Assembly (NCBI GenBank): GCA_965231035.1
Contig: OZ246409.1
Coordinates: forward strand, 61,101-93,100
Direction of reading: 5' to 3'
DNA length: 32,000 bases
From: an uncultured Muribaculaceae bacterium
GTDB lineage: Bacteria; Pseudomonadota; Alphaproteobacteria; Rs-D84
Shown: one piece after another, positions 1 to 8,269 of the stretch
Layout of the letters: the number at the start of each line of letters is the position of its first letter
Position numbering within the stretch: position 1 is the first letter of the stretch
Position numbers and translations under genes: made by a program
The notes under the pieces: generated by a model
Seen by the model: only the letters and a program-made list of their open reading frames with translations
What the model was told of the DNA's origin: nothing
The model's database searches: none

Positions 1-1
1 A

Positions 2-463
2 ATGTTAAAAAAATTAAATACAGAAACTGAACGAAAATCATCAGAAAATTTGACCAATACAGAATCACAAAAACAAAGCCTTCAGAATACTAAAGTTTTA
101 AAAATTGAAATGATTTCCAATTCAAATTTGTCGGATAAAGTAAATTATTATAATAAAAATGAAATTAATATTAATTCAACAAATGAATCGCGCAAAAATA
201 TTGAAGAAAAAGCCTTTGAGATTAATCAAATATTATCAAAATCCAAGGTTAGTGTTTGGAAAACAGAAAGCGGTGATTTTAATACTTCACGTTTGGTATC
301 AGATTCTGTTGCGGGTGTTGTATTGGGAACTGCTGATGGATTAATAACCAGCAACATAATAAAAAAGAACCAAGAAAAAAGTGGTTTTGACGATATTAAA
401 TGCACAATCGGAAACCAAGTTGTTGCTGGTTGGAATGATGAGTTCAGAGTTGGAGTTAAATAA
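2..463 (+). CDS. hypothetical protein (may be 5'-truncated by the window edge)
   Basis: Open frame from the window edge to TAA at 461-463. Asn/Ser/Lys-rich N-part and Gly/Val-rich C-part. No family recognised by eye. Confidence 0.4.
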   Translation: MLKKLNTETERKSSENLTNTESQKQSLQNTKVLKIEMISNSNLSDKVNYYNKNEININSTNESRKNIEEKAFEINQILSKSKVSVWKTESGDFNTSRLVSDSVAGVVLGTADGLITSNIIKKNQEKSGFDDIKCTIGNQVVAGWNDEFRVGVK

Positions 464-555
464 AATCTGAAGCGTTTGTGTAATGATTTTAAAGGGAAAT
501 TATTGATTTTGAGTAAAAAAAATGATAAAATCAAACCAAATAAAACTAAAAGGAC

Positions 556-1077
556 ATGGTTATGAAAGCACTAGGCTGGACATCAGATGTTATGAATGTT
601 TTTTATGATATAGATTCAAAATCACCAAAAGAAAAACAAAGATTGAAAGATCTTGCAGAAAATTACCACAAATTAGACAAAATTTTTTTAAAAGAGTTAA
701 AAAAGCAAAAAGATAAAGAATTTGTTAAAAAAGTTTTAAGTTGGTTAGATCATAAGCTTTTTTCCGACGGTTGGGGATATTTTCCACAAGTTATGAAAAA
801 AGGAGTTTTTCCAAAAAATGACCCTTTTGAGAAAGACAAGATTGAAATACTTAAAACTATAAAAATAGCATTTAAAGAATTCAATTTTGAGCCACAATAT
901 ATATCAATAAATGGTCGTTATGGAAAGAATCCTGAATATACAATTAATGCATTATCGCAATTATTAGAACACGGAATGCTTTTGCCGAAAAAAGCAACAG
1001 CTATAAAAACAGCGTCAGTGATACTTAAAAAAAGAACTTTACATAAAACTAAAAGCACAACGCAAAAAACAAGATAA
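556..1077 (+). CDS. hypothetical protein, Lys-rich, 173 aa
   Basis: Intact ORF preceded by AAAAGGA about 6 nt upstream of the start and followed directly by a strong hairpin terminator. No recognisable motifs. Confidence 0.5.
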   Translation: MVMKALGWTSDVMNVFYDIDSKSPKEKQRLKDLAENYHKLDKIFLKELKKQKDKEFVKKVLSWLDHKLFSDGWGYFPQVMKKGVFPKNDPFEKDKIEILKTIKIAFKEFNFEPQYISINGRYGKNPEYTINALSQLLEHGMLLPKKATAIKTASVILKKRTLHKTKSTTQKTR

Positions 1078-1105
1078 AAATGCGACCAAATGGTCGCATT
1101 TTTTA
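1076..1105. terminator. bidirectional intrinsic terminator between convergent genes
   Basis: AAAAATGCGACC-AAAT-GGTCGCATTTTTT. The 8-bp GC-containing stem (1080-1087/1092-1099) is flanked by an A-run and a T-run. Confidence 0.75.
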
Positions 1106-2944
1106 TTTCAGCACAAAGTGTACGTTGTATTGAGGTTTTTTATCGTCCCCCAATGATGCACGAATAACTTTGTTTGATGCGATTTGAACCGTCTTTTTCA
1201 GATTTTCTTGGCTTTTACGATCTGTTTTTGACATATCGTTTATTGCCTTGGTTATTTCAATCTGAATTTGGCGTTTCATAAATCCTGTTGAATCAGATTC
1301 AAAGATTCCGGCACTGGAAACCTCGGGTACACCCTTCAAGAAACCGCGCTTGTCCACAGGCAGGGTGACGAACAATGCACCGCTGGTGGCTATTTTACGG
1401 CGGTTTTTATAAACTTGGTCGTCCTGGCTGCGTTCGGTTTCACCTTCCATTACAACAAAACTGATTTGGAAAGATTCGCTAACATATGGTTCTTCACCGT
1501 CTTTTAATGCGATGATTTCACCATTGTGGACCAGCATCATATGTTTTGCACCGCCACGTTCCATAGCCATTTTTCCGTTTAACAATTCGGTCATATATTC
1601 ACCATGCATAGGAATAATTGTTTGCGGGTGCACAATATCATAGAAACGTTCAAATTCTGGGCGACCTGCGTGTCCACTGGCGTGAACATGGTCTGTGTCA
1701 TAAATTGTATGAGTATGAATACCCATGCGTGCCAACTTGTTATAAAGGAACGAAACATCTGATTCGCGACCTGGAATAACAATTGCTGAAAACACAACTG
1801 TGTCAGTTGGTTGCAATTTTAATTCTTTTACATGACCACGACAAAGGCGTGTCAACATAGCGTATTTTTCACCTTGGGAACCGGTCAAAAATATTGCCTG
1901 TTTTTCTGCTGGTAAATCTTTGATTTCGTTATGCAGATAGGTATCATCTTTGCTCAGATATCCAAGCTGGGTTCCGATTTCACGGAATTCTGGCAAACCA
2001 ACATATGGCACAGGTGCAGGATTGCTGCGTTCTTTGATTGCAGGCATACGACCTGCGGACTTAGCAGCCTCGGCAAACATTTTGATACGTGCGATACTAC
2101 GAGAATATCCTGTTACAAAAACACGACCCGGAGCGTTTTTCATAATATCGGTCAGTGTTGTGCGGACTTCTGTTTCTGTGGTTTGTTTTTCTTGGCGTTC
2201 AGTAGAAGTAGAATCGCAAGCCACCGCCAGCAATTTTGGATCTGAACCAATTTCGCGAAGTCTTGCCCAATCAGTTGGATTTTCAATTGGAATATCATCG
2301 TTGAATGTCCAGTCACCAGTATGCAATATTTTTCCTGCAGGCGTTTGTATTACTATCATTTGTGCCTCGGGCAGGGAATGCGAAACGTGGAAAGTTTCAA
2401 TACTGAATGGAGCAATATCAAATTTTGCACCATTGTGATCAAAGATAACAATATCTTTGACTTCATTGAATTCAACTTCGGAACCTTTGAAAGTTCTGCG
2501 TATAATTTCACCCGGAAAACGTGTGCAATAAATCGGTTTTTTGAATTTAGGCCATACGAATTTCAAAGCACCAATATGATCTTCGTGTCCGTGGGTTATT
2601 ACGAATCCAACAACATCTTTTTTACGCTTTTCCAGCCAAGTAGTATCACAGTATTTAACGTCACCAGCACCAATTTCTTCTTCCATAAATCCCATACCGC
2701 AATCGACAATCAGATATTTACCTTTGTATTTATAAACATACATATTTTGACCGATATGTTCCAATCCGCCCATGGCGAAAAAGTACATTTTTTCATCATT
2801 TTGATCGTCTTCAGGTTTCTTTGAAGGATTTTTTTTCGTACTACCGTAATTTTTTACAACCGCCTTTTTGTTAGAATCCAATTTCATTTCAACATCATTA
2901 TTTTTATAATTTTCGTTTATAATTTTTTCTTTTACTTTTACCAT
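1103..2944 (-). CDS. rnj: ribonuclease J (metallo-beta-lactamase / beta-CASP family)
   Basis: Motifs FAMGGLEHIGQNMY, VDCGMGF and ITHGHEDHIGAL (HxHxDH), then beta-CASP and C-terminal regions. Start placed at ATG 2944 (MVKVKEK), which has AAGGA 8 nt upstream. The track ORF extends to 3079 without RBS support. Confidence 0.85.
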   Translation of the reverse strand: MVKVKEKIINENYKNNDVEMKLDSNKKAVVKNYGSTKKNPSKKPEDDQNDEKMYFFAMGGLEHIGQNMYVYKYKGKYLIVDCGMGFMEEEIGAGDVKYCDTTWLEKRKKDVVGFVITHGHEDHIGALKFVWPKFKKPIYCTRFPGEIIRRTFKGSEVEFNEVKDIVIFDHNGAKFDIAPFSIETFHVSHSLPEAQMIVIQTPAGKILHTGDWTFNDDIPIENPTDWARLREIGSDPKLLAVACDSTSTERQEKQTTETEVRTTLTDIMKNAPGRVFVTGYSRSIARIKMFAEAAKSAGRMPAIKERSNPAPVPYVGLPEFREIGTQLGYLSKDDTYLHNEIKDLPAEKQAIFLTGSQGEKYAMLTRLCRGHVKELKLQPTDTVVFSAIVIPGRESDVSFLYNKLARMGIHTHTIYDTDHVHASGHAGRPEFERFYDIVHPQTIIPMHGEYMTELLNGKMAMERGGAKHMMLVHNGEIIALKDGEEPYVSESFQISFVVMEGETERSQDDQVYKNRRKIATSGALFVTLPVDKRGFLKGVPEVSSAGIFESDSTGFMKRQIQIEITKAINDMSKTDRKSQENLKKTVQIASNKVIRASLGDDKKPQYNVHFVLK

Positions 2945-3154
2945 TAATTTTCCTTTTATTTTATGGTTATTATTATGCACAACCACAAAATCCATTGCTA
3001 ATAAAGATAATTCTTTATTTGTAGTGAATCTGCGATTGCGCGTTTGGGTTTTATCCCTATCACAGGTATATTGTGCCACAAAAGCATTTAATACAACAAG
3101 GGAATTTTTTCCAAGGCAATGTTGCCTTGATTTTTTGTTCAGGATTTGATTCTA

Positions 3155-3451
3155 CTATTTTTCAATAACAATTTCAAGTTTTTTAATTTCTACTATTATT
3201 ATTTCCTTTGGAACAAAAGAACATCTTGTAGATTCAAGCAGTTTTATCTTATTGAATAAGTCCCCTGAATCTTCGATTTTTGCATAACCAGTAATCTTTA
3301 TACACTTATTAAATTCTTTATCATATGAAGAAATAAAAACATTAGGATTATCATGAATATTTTTTGATGTTGTATCCATTTGCATATTGGAAATTATTAT
3401 GTGGTTAGATTCAACAGATGAAGGAATAACAATTGCTGACCTAGGTATCAT
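3155..3451 (-). CDS. pyridoxamine 5'-phosphate oxidase (PNPOx)-like flavin-binding protein; conserved N-terminus lies upstream of the first canonical start
   Basis: The frame is open up to 3565. The in-frame upstream sequence KLSEEQIEFLTKNEWVILATADKN is the typical PNPOx-family N-terminus, yet it contains no ATG, GTG or TTG. The first ATG is at 3451. Confidence 0.5.
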   Translation of the reverse strand: MIPRSAIVIPSSVESNHIIISNMQMDTTSKNIHDNPNVFISSYDKEFNKCIKITGYAKIEDSGDLFNKIKLLESTRCSFVPKEIIIVEIKKLEIVIEK

Positions 3452-3536
3452 ATTTTTATCAGCCGTGGCAAGAATAACCCATTCATTTTTTGTTAAAAAT
3501 TCTATTTGTTCTTCGGAGAGTTTTATTTCTAATCTT

Positions 3537-5726
3537 TTATTCTGCCAAGTCGCCGACAGACATTGTTATTCTGCGAATTCCGCTGCTGATAGATTTTTCT
3601 TTATTAATTTTTGCACCAGTTTTATGACCTTCAATTTTTATTTCGCCAGTATTTTTTATATGTGTTCCACCGCAAAGTTCAATTGATACTGGTGCTGAGT
3701 GTTGAGTGTTGAGTGTTGAATTGTTTTTAACAATTACAACATTAACCTTGTCCCCATATTTTTCACCAAATAGTGCCATAGCACCAAGTTTTTTAGCTTC
3801 TTCAATAGGTACATTAAATTTTGTTTCAACCTGTAATTTTGCGTCAATCCATTTGTTTATTAAATTTTCAGTTTTTGCAATTTCATCAGCAGTCATTGCA
3901 CGACCAAATGAAAAGTCAAAGCGAACACTGTCTGGGGAAACCTTGGACCCACGCTGTTCTACATCTTCGTTCAAAACTTGGCGCAGTGCGGCCTGTAACA
4001 AATGTGCCGCAGTATGCGCACGTGCGGTTTGCGCCCGGATGACATTATCTCGTTTTGCAAAAATCATTTGATTTAGTTTAATATCCTGAGAAAGTAATCC
4101 CTTATGAATAATAACTCCTCCAACCTTAAACACATCGGTAACTTTCATTAAAGTTTCACCAGGATTTTTTCCATCGGCATTGGCAAACAATTCCCCAATA
4201 TCATTTACCTGTCCACCCATAGTCGCATAGAATGGGGTTTTATTTAAAACAACTTCGACTTCAATTCCAGCTTCTGCAACGTCCGAAAATTCAGAGTTTT
4301 TCATAATTGCTATAATTTGCCCGTTTGGCAACCAACCAGAGTTCAATGGTTTGTATTTATCATTATTATCTGTGTCTGGAATTTTTTTCTTTTCTATCTC
4401 TGCCTCCCAAAGTGTTTTTGTACCCTTGGTATCTGCTCGGGAACGTTCTTTTTGCTCACGCATACATTTTTCAAACCCTGCCACATCAACATTCAATCCG
4501 CGGTCGCGCAAAATCATCTGGGTCAAATCCAATGGAAAGCCATAAGTATCAAATAATTTGAATGCAATATCACCTTTAAGAATTCTTTCAAATTTTGCTG
4601 GTAGAAGGTTTTTTAGATTTGACAATTCTTTATCCAGCAACTTCATCCCGTTTTCCAACATGTCTGCAAAGGAATTTTCTTCGTTTTGAATTATTTCAAC
4701 AACATGTTTTTCATTCTTTTTTAATTCTGGATATGCTTCGCCCATCTCTTTAATCAGAGCAGGGTAAAGTTTCGAAAGTAAAGCCCCACGATGACCCAAA
4801 ATTTGTCCATGACGCATTGCACGACGCAAAATGCGACGAACTACGTATCCTCGGTCGTTATTACTTGGAATAACACCGTCTGCGATTGCAAATCCAACTG
4901 CACGCAGGTGGTCGGTTATGATTTTGAAAGACGGTTTGTTTTCAGGTGTTTTTTTTGTGCCTGTAACTTCTTCGACTGCATGCATCAGGTTTACAAACAA
5001 ATCTGTGTCATAATTATCAATCACACCCTGTAATACGGCTGCCCATCTTTCTAATCCTGCACCGGTATCAACATTTTGCTTTGGCAGTGGTGTCAAAGTA
5101 CCATTGGCGTCCCTGTCATACTGCATAAAAACATTGTTCCATAATTCGACATAACGTCCAGCTTCGTCTGGGGCACCTGGCAATCCGCCTGGAACATTTG
5201 GTCCAAAATCCCAAAATATTTCGGTGCTGGGACCACAAGGACCAGTATCCCCAGCAGACCACCAATTATCTTTATCTAGTCTGATTGCATCTTTGCCAGT
5301 TAATTTTTTCCAAATTTTTGTAGATTCATCATCGCTGATGTGTGTTGTAACAATTATGCGTTTTGGATCCAGTTTCAAAACGTTTGTTAATAAATCCCAA
5401 GACATTTCAATTGCACCTTGCTTGAAATAATCGCCAAAAGACCAATTTCCCAACATTTCAAAGAAAGTATGATGACGACCGTCAAAGCCGACATCTTCCA
5501 AGTCATTATGTTTTCCGCCTGCGCGAATACATTTTTGAACGTCTGCGACGCGTGGACCGTATTTTAATGGTTCAACACCCTGTAACATTCCTTTCCATGG
5601 AACCATACCTGCAACGGTGAATAATAATGTTGGATCTTGGGGAACCAGCGAAACGCTGGGTACAATTGTATGTCCTTTAGATTTAAAATAATTCAAAAAT
5701 AATTTACGAATTTCATTATAAGTCAT
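3537..5726 (-). CDS. alaS: alanine--tRNA ligase, short form (catalytic, tRNA-recognition and editing domains only)
   Basis: N-terminus MTYNEIRKLFLNYFKSKGHTIVPS. Class II motifs FTVAGM and GNWSFGDYFK. Editing-domain motifs HTAAH (HxxxH) and CGGTH (CxxxH). The stop falls about 40 aa after CGGTH. Confidence 0.95.
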   Translation of the reverse strand: MTYNEIRKLFLNYFKSKGHTIVPSVSLVPQDPTLLFTVAGMVPWKGMLQGVEPLKYGPRVADVQKCIRAGGKHNDLEDVGFDGRHHTFFEMLGNWSFGDYFKQGAIEMSWDLLTNVLKLDPKRIIVTTHISDDESTKIWKKLTGKDAIRLDKDNWWSAGDTGPCGPSTEIFWDFGPNVPGGLPGAPDEAGRYVELWNNVFMQYDRDANGTLTPLPKQNVDTGAGLERWAAVLQGVIDNYDTDLFVNLMHAVEEVTGTKKTPENKPSFKIITDHLRAVGFAIADGVIPSNNDRGYVVRRILRRAMRHGQILGHRGALLSKLYPALIKEMGEAYPELKKNEKHVVEIIQNEENSFADMLENGMKLLDKELSNLKNLLPAKFERILKGDIAFKLFDTYGFPLDLTQMILRDRGLNVDVAGFEKCMREQKERSRADTKGTKTLWEAEIEKKKIPDTDNNDKYKPLNSGWLPNGQIIAIMKNSEFSDVAEAGIEVEVVLNKTPFYATMGGQVNDIGELFANADGKNPGETLMKVTDVFKVGGVIIHKGLLSQDIKLNQMIFAKRDNVIRAQTARAHTAAHLLQAALRQVLNEDVEQRGSKVSPDSVRFDFSFGRAMTADEIAKTENLINKWIDAKLQVETKFNVPIEEAKKLGAMALFGEKYGDKVNVVIVKNNSTLNTQHSAPVSIELCGGTHIKNTGEIKIEGHKTGAKINKEKSISSGIRRITMSVGDLAE

Positions 5727-5728
5727 TA

Positions 5729-6538
5729 TTAATTTGCCTTTTCTTTTAATGTCTCTTCAAATAGTTTACAATATCTGCGCATTGCACCTTCGAAATATTT
5801 TTCAGGGTTATTCGGTGGCAATAATCTTTTTCCATATTTATGCGTTATCGAATCCAGATTTGTTGCAATGTAATTTACCCTGTCCATATAAATAGGTGCA
5901 GAAAGCATACTGATGTGTTTAGTGTACATATTCAAATATGCCCATAACATCGCATCATCTGGTGCACGATAACCCAGACTGTCATCAATCTCGTGAATCT
6001 TGTCTATGATTCTGTCGACTAATTCGCCCAATTTTACCATTATATCGGTCCTGACCAATGTTCCAGCAATTCCAACATGCGGTCTTTCAATAAGAATATT
6101 ATCATCATCAATCAAATAATTCTTGGGATTATCCATAACTTTGAATAAATCTAACAATCTTTTTTTAATGATGGTCATATTTTGCATAACCGCAAAGTTA
6201 TTTTCTTGGACAGCCGGGACTTCAATATTAGTAATTATATCGTCGTCGTCAACAAAAACCATCCAGTCTGATGGAATTTTTAAATCTTTTACCGCAAATA
6301 AAATATTCAGCCGTGATTCCAAAGAACCAAAGTTTTTTGAAGTATTTATTATATGTAACGGTCCACGGTATCCAAAACGCCTAATTTGATAAGTGGTAAC
6401 TTTTACATTTGGGTTATCGTTATGAATAATCAAGAATATTTTTTGCTTTAACTTTGCAATCGCCGGCACTGAAATTCTTAGAAATTCAGTGTCAAAAGTA
6501 GTTAAACCAACGATGATGCAATTTTTTTTCGGCAGCAT
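5729..6538 (-). CDS. putative GT-A fold (family-2-like) glycosyltransferase
   Basis: N-terminal beta-strand IIVGLTTFDTEF, then NFGSLESRLN...DWMVFVDDDD, which resembles the NxG..RN...flDxDD layout of GT2 enzymes. Only 2 nt separate its stop from the alaS start. Confidence 0.45.
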   Translation of the reverse strand: MLPKKNCIIVGLTTFDTEFLRISVPAIAKLKQKIFLIIHNDNPNVKVTTYQIRRFGYRGPLHIINTSKNFGSLESRLNILFAVKDLKIPSDWMVFVDDDDIITNIEVPAVQENNFAVMQNMTIIKKRLLDLFKVMDNPKNYLIDDDNILIERPHVGIAGTLVRTDIMVKLGELVDRIIDKIHEIDDSLGYRAPDDAMLWAYLNMYTKHISMLSAPIYMDRVNYIATNLDSITHKYGKRLLPPNNPEKYFEGAMRRYCKLFEETLKEKAN

Positions 6539-6604
6539 AAGCGGATTGTAAATAAAAGTTTCTGAAATTGCAATTGCTTAGTTACTTATGATATAATATC
6601 GGGT

Positions 6605-7084
6605 ATGAAGCCAACAATGCTTTTTGCAATCGTTTTAATGACAGCCATAATTCTGGCATCTTCGTTTGGCTTGCACGTAATACCAATCGATCCTATTTAT
6701 TCTTTATCCAAAGAGGTTGCAGGTTCTGCGCTTTACGTTTGTCCAACAACCAGTTCCAGTTGGGATTCAATTGCGCGTACAATAAGACCTGGAATGTTTT
6801 ATATAAATATCATTTTCTTTTTTGCTTTGATGCTGTTGATGTTTAATTGGGGTTGGGCTTTATATCAAAATCTTTTGAAAGATGCATTCAAAGAAGCTGC
6901 TTTTAAAAATGTTTGGGGTTTTACCAAGGTTTTGTTTTGGGCAATGATAATAATTACGATTTTAAATTGGACACCAAACCATTTTAAAAATGTTCACGTC
7001 CAAGGCGCCAAGGGTGAATGGGTATTATGTGAAGAAAATACTCCGGGTGCAATGCCTGTAAAGTCCGAAGCCGTTAAACGCTAG
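6605..7084 (+). CDS. hypothetical integral membrane protein (3-4 predicted TM helices)
   Basis: Hydrophobic segments MLFAIVLMTAIILASSF, FYINIIFFFALMLLMF and VLFWAMIIITILNW. TTGCAA-18nt-TATAAT lies upstream, with the -10 ending 7 nt before the ATG. Confidence 0.55.
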   Translation: MKPTMLFAIVLMTAIILASSFGLHVIPIDPIYSLSKEVAGSALYVCPTTSSSWDSIARTIRPGMFYINIIFFFALMLLMFNWGWALYQNLLKDAFKEAAFKNVWGFTKVLFWAMIIITILNWTPNHFKNVHVQGAKGEWVLCEENTPGAMPVKSEAVKR

Positions 7085-7183
7085 ATAGTTTTTGTATTGT
7101 CTTAATATATTCAATAGTTTCCGCACGCGATTTGCATAAATCAAAAAAAATAGCAAGCCTTTTCTGGGGTTCAAAATATACTC

Positions 7184-7212
7184 TTGACTTGAATGGCTGA
7201 ATTCTCTACGAT
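7184..7212 (+). promoter_or_regulatory. sigma70-like promoter upstream of hup
   Basis: TTGACT (7184-7189), 17-nt spacer, TACGAT (7207-7212). This predicts a 5' UTR of about 80 nt containing the hairpin GTCCC..GGGAC. Confidence 0.4.
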
Positions 7213-7296
7213 TCGGACAAGCAGTAAGGGCAATGTCCCTGATACCTGCGGGACAACCTAAGAAAAAAACATAAAACTCACGAAAGGAGAAACATT

Positions 7297-7569
7297 ATGA
7301 ATAAAATGGAATTGATTGAAGCAATCGCAAACGAAGTTGAAGTTACAAAAGCAACTGCAGCAGCATGCTTGGATGCATTCATCACCACTGTTACAAAAGT
7401 TTTGAAAAAGAAAGGCGAAGTTCGCTTGGTTGGCTTTGGTACATTTACAACTGCAAAACGCAAAGCAACAACAGGTCGCAATCCTCAAACAGGTGCTGCA
7501 ATCAAAATCCCAGCATCTACACAGCCTAAATTCAAAGCTGGTAAAGCTCTGAAAGAATCTTTGAATTAA
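7297..7569 (+). CDS. hup: DNA-binding protein HU
   Basis: 90 aa. MNKMELIEAIA...GFGTF...RKATTGRNPQTGAAIKIPASTQPKFKAGKALKESL is the canonical HU/IHF fold signature. AAAGGAGA RBS lies upstream. Confidence 0.93.
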   Translation: MNKMELIEAIANEVEVTKATAAACLDAFITTVTKVLKKKGEVRLVGFGTFTTAKRKATTGRNPQTGAAIKIPASTQPKFKAGKALKESLN

Positions 7570-7588
7570 TAGATTACTTTTAAAGATT

Positions 7589-7616
7589 AAAAAATCCGCC
7601 AATCGGCGGATTTTTT
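7589..7616. terminator. intrinsic terminator (AAAAAATCCGCC-AATC-GGCGGATTTTTT)
   Basis: Perfect 12-nt inverted arms 20 nt after the hup stop, with a T-run on the + strand. Confidence 0.75.
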
Positions 7617-7691
7617 ATTTTTTTAAAATTCCTCTTTACTTGGATTGGAATATTGAATACAATCGGGACGTTGAACAAAAAAGGAAGAAAA

Positions 7692-8222
7692 ATGGCTAAA
7701 AAACCAGTTAAAAAAGCAGTTGCAAAAAAAGCTCCAGCTAAGAAAGCTCCAGTTAAAAAAGCAGTTGTAAAAAAAGCCCCAGTAGCCAAAGCTGCTGTTG
7801 CCGAAACAAAAGTTGTTATGGAAGCTCCAGCAACATGTGCAGCAGGATGCTGCTGTGGTAAAAAAAGCTGCGGTTTCTGTCGCTTTGTAAGAAAATTGAT
7901 TGTTTTCTTCGTAATCTTCGCATTGGGTTATTCTTTTGCAATGTATTGCCCATATGGCAGACACTTTATGCATCATGGCCCACGCATGGAAGAAATGTTT
8001 GTAAACGGCTGCTTAGACACAGCAAAAATGCCAAATCCTGACATGGCTGAAAAAATCAAAGCTGCTGATGCAAACAATGATGGTTGTATTACACACGAAG
8101 AATTTGCAGCTGGTCGCGATGAAGCACGTGAAGAAGTTCGTGCAGAAATGCCAAAACCAGAAATGGCAAAGCCAGCACGTCCTGAAATGCCAGCTCCTGC
8201 TGGAAAAACAGCACGTCGTTAA
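7692..8222 (+). CDS. chimeric membrane protein: histone-H1-like Lys/Ala/Pro tail, Cys cluster, TM helix and a single EF-hand
   Basis: Start at ATG 7692 with AAGGAAG RBS. N-terminus AKKPVKKAVAKKAPAKKAPVKKAVVKKAP, then CAAGCCCGKKSCGFC, then TM helix LIVFFVIFALGYSFAMY. DANNDGCITHEEF (8067-8105) fits the 12-residue EF-hand loop consensus. Confidence 0.6.
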   Translation: MAKKPVKKAVAKKAPAKKAPVKKAVVKKAPVAKAAVAETKVVMEAPATCAAGCCCGKKSCGFCRFVRKLIVFFVIFALGYSFAMYCPYGRHFMHHGPRMEEMFVNGCLDTAKMPNPDMAEKIKAADANNDGCITHEEFAAGRDEAREEVRAEMPKPEMAKPARPEMPAPAGKTARR

Positions 8223-8240
8223 TAACAGATTGTGTTAATT

Positions 8241-8269
8241 AAAAAAACACGGCATCAGCCGTGTTTTTT
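8241..8269. terminator. bidirectional intrinsic terminator
   Basis: AAAAAAACACGGC-ATCA-GCCGTGTTTTTT sits between convergent genes. The smpB TGA stop (8255-8257) lies in the loop. Confidence 0.7.

Noticed and set aside
1591-2824. ORFs antisense to or nested within rnj (1591..1797, 1931..2245, 1950..2438, 2321..2824)
   Set aside because: They are shadow frames of a well-supported conserved gene, with no RBS and low-complexity or odd composition.
3112-3129. Hairpin CAAGGCAA-TG-TTGCCTTG downstream of the PNPOx-like gene as a terminator
   Set aside because: The T-run lies on the + strand, where there is no upstream + gene. On the minus strand the hairpin is followed by GAAAAAATT. Its function is uncertain, so it is not annotated as a feature.
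3706-5430. Several + strand ORFs inside alaS (3706..4071, 3821..4042, 4317..4561, 4791..5033, 5224..5430)
   Set aside because: They are antisense to a highly conserved essential gene and show no independent support.
6522-6529. A8 homopolymer in codons 4-6 of the glycosyltransferase gene as a possible phase-variation switch
   Set aside because: A/T runs of 8 are common throughout this AT-rich window (e.g. near 521, 2829 and 7143), and none is longer than 9. There is no evidence of contingency behaviour.
7258-7976. Minus-strand Cys/Phe-rich ORFs 7258..7602, 7278..7481, 7580..7789 and 7623..7976
   Set aside because: They are antisense to hup and to the Lys/Ala-repeat gene. Their Phe/Cys richness is just the complement of Lys/Ala codons (AAA/GCA).
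8255-8257. Possibility of an alternative genetic code (TGA as Trp), as in some reduced AT-rich bacteria
   Set aside because: smpB terminates at TGA at the expected protein length, and no conserved gene needs read-through of TGA. The standard code 11 fits all ORFs.
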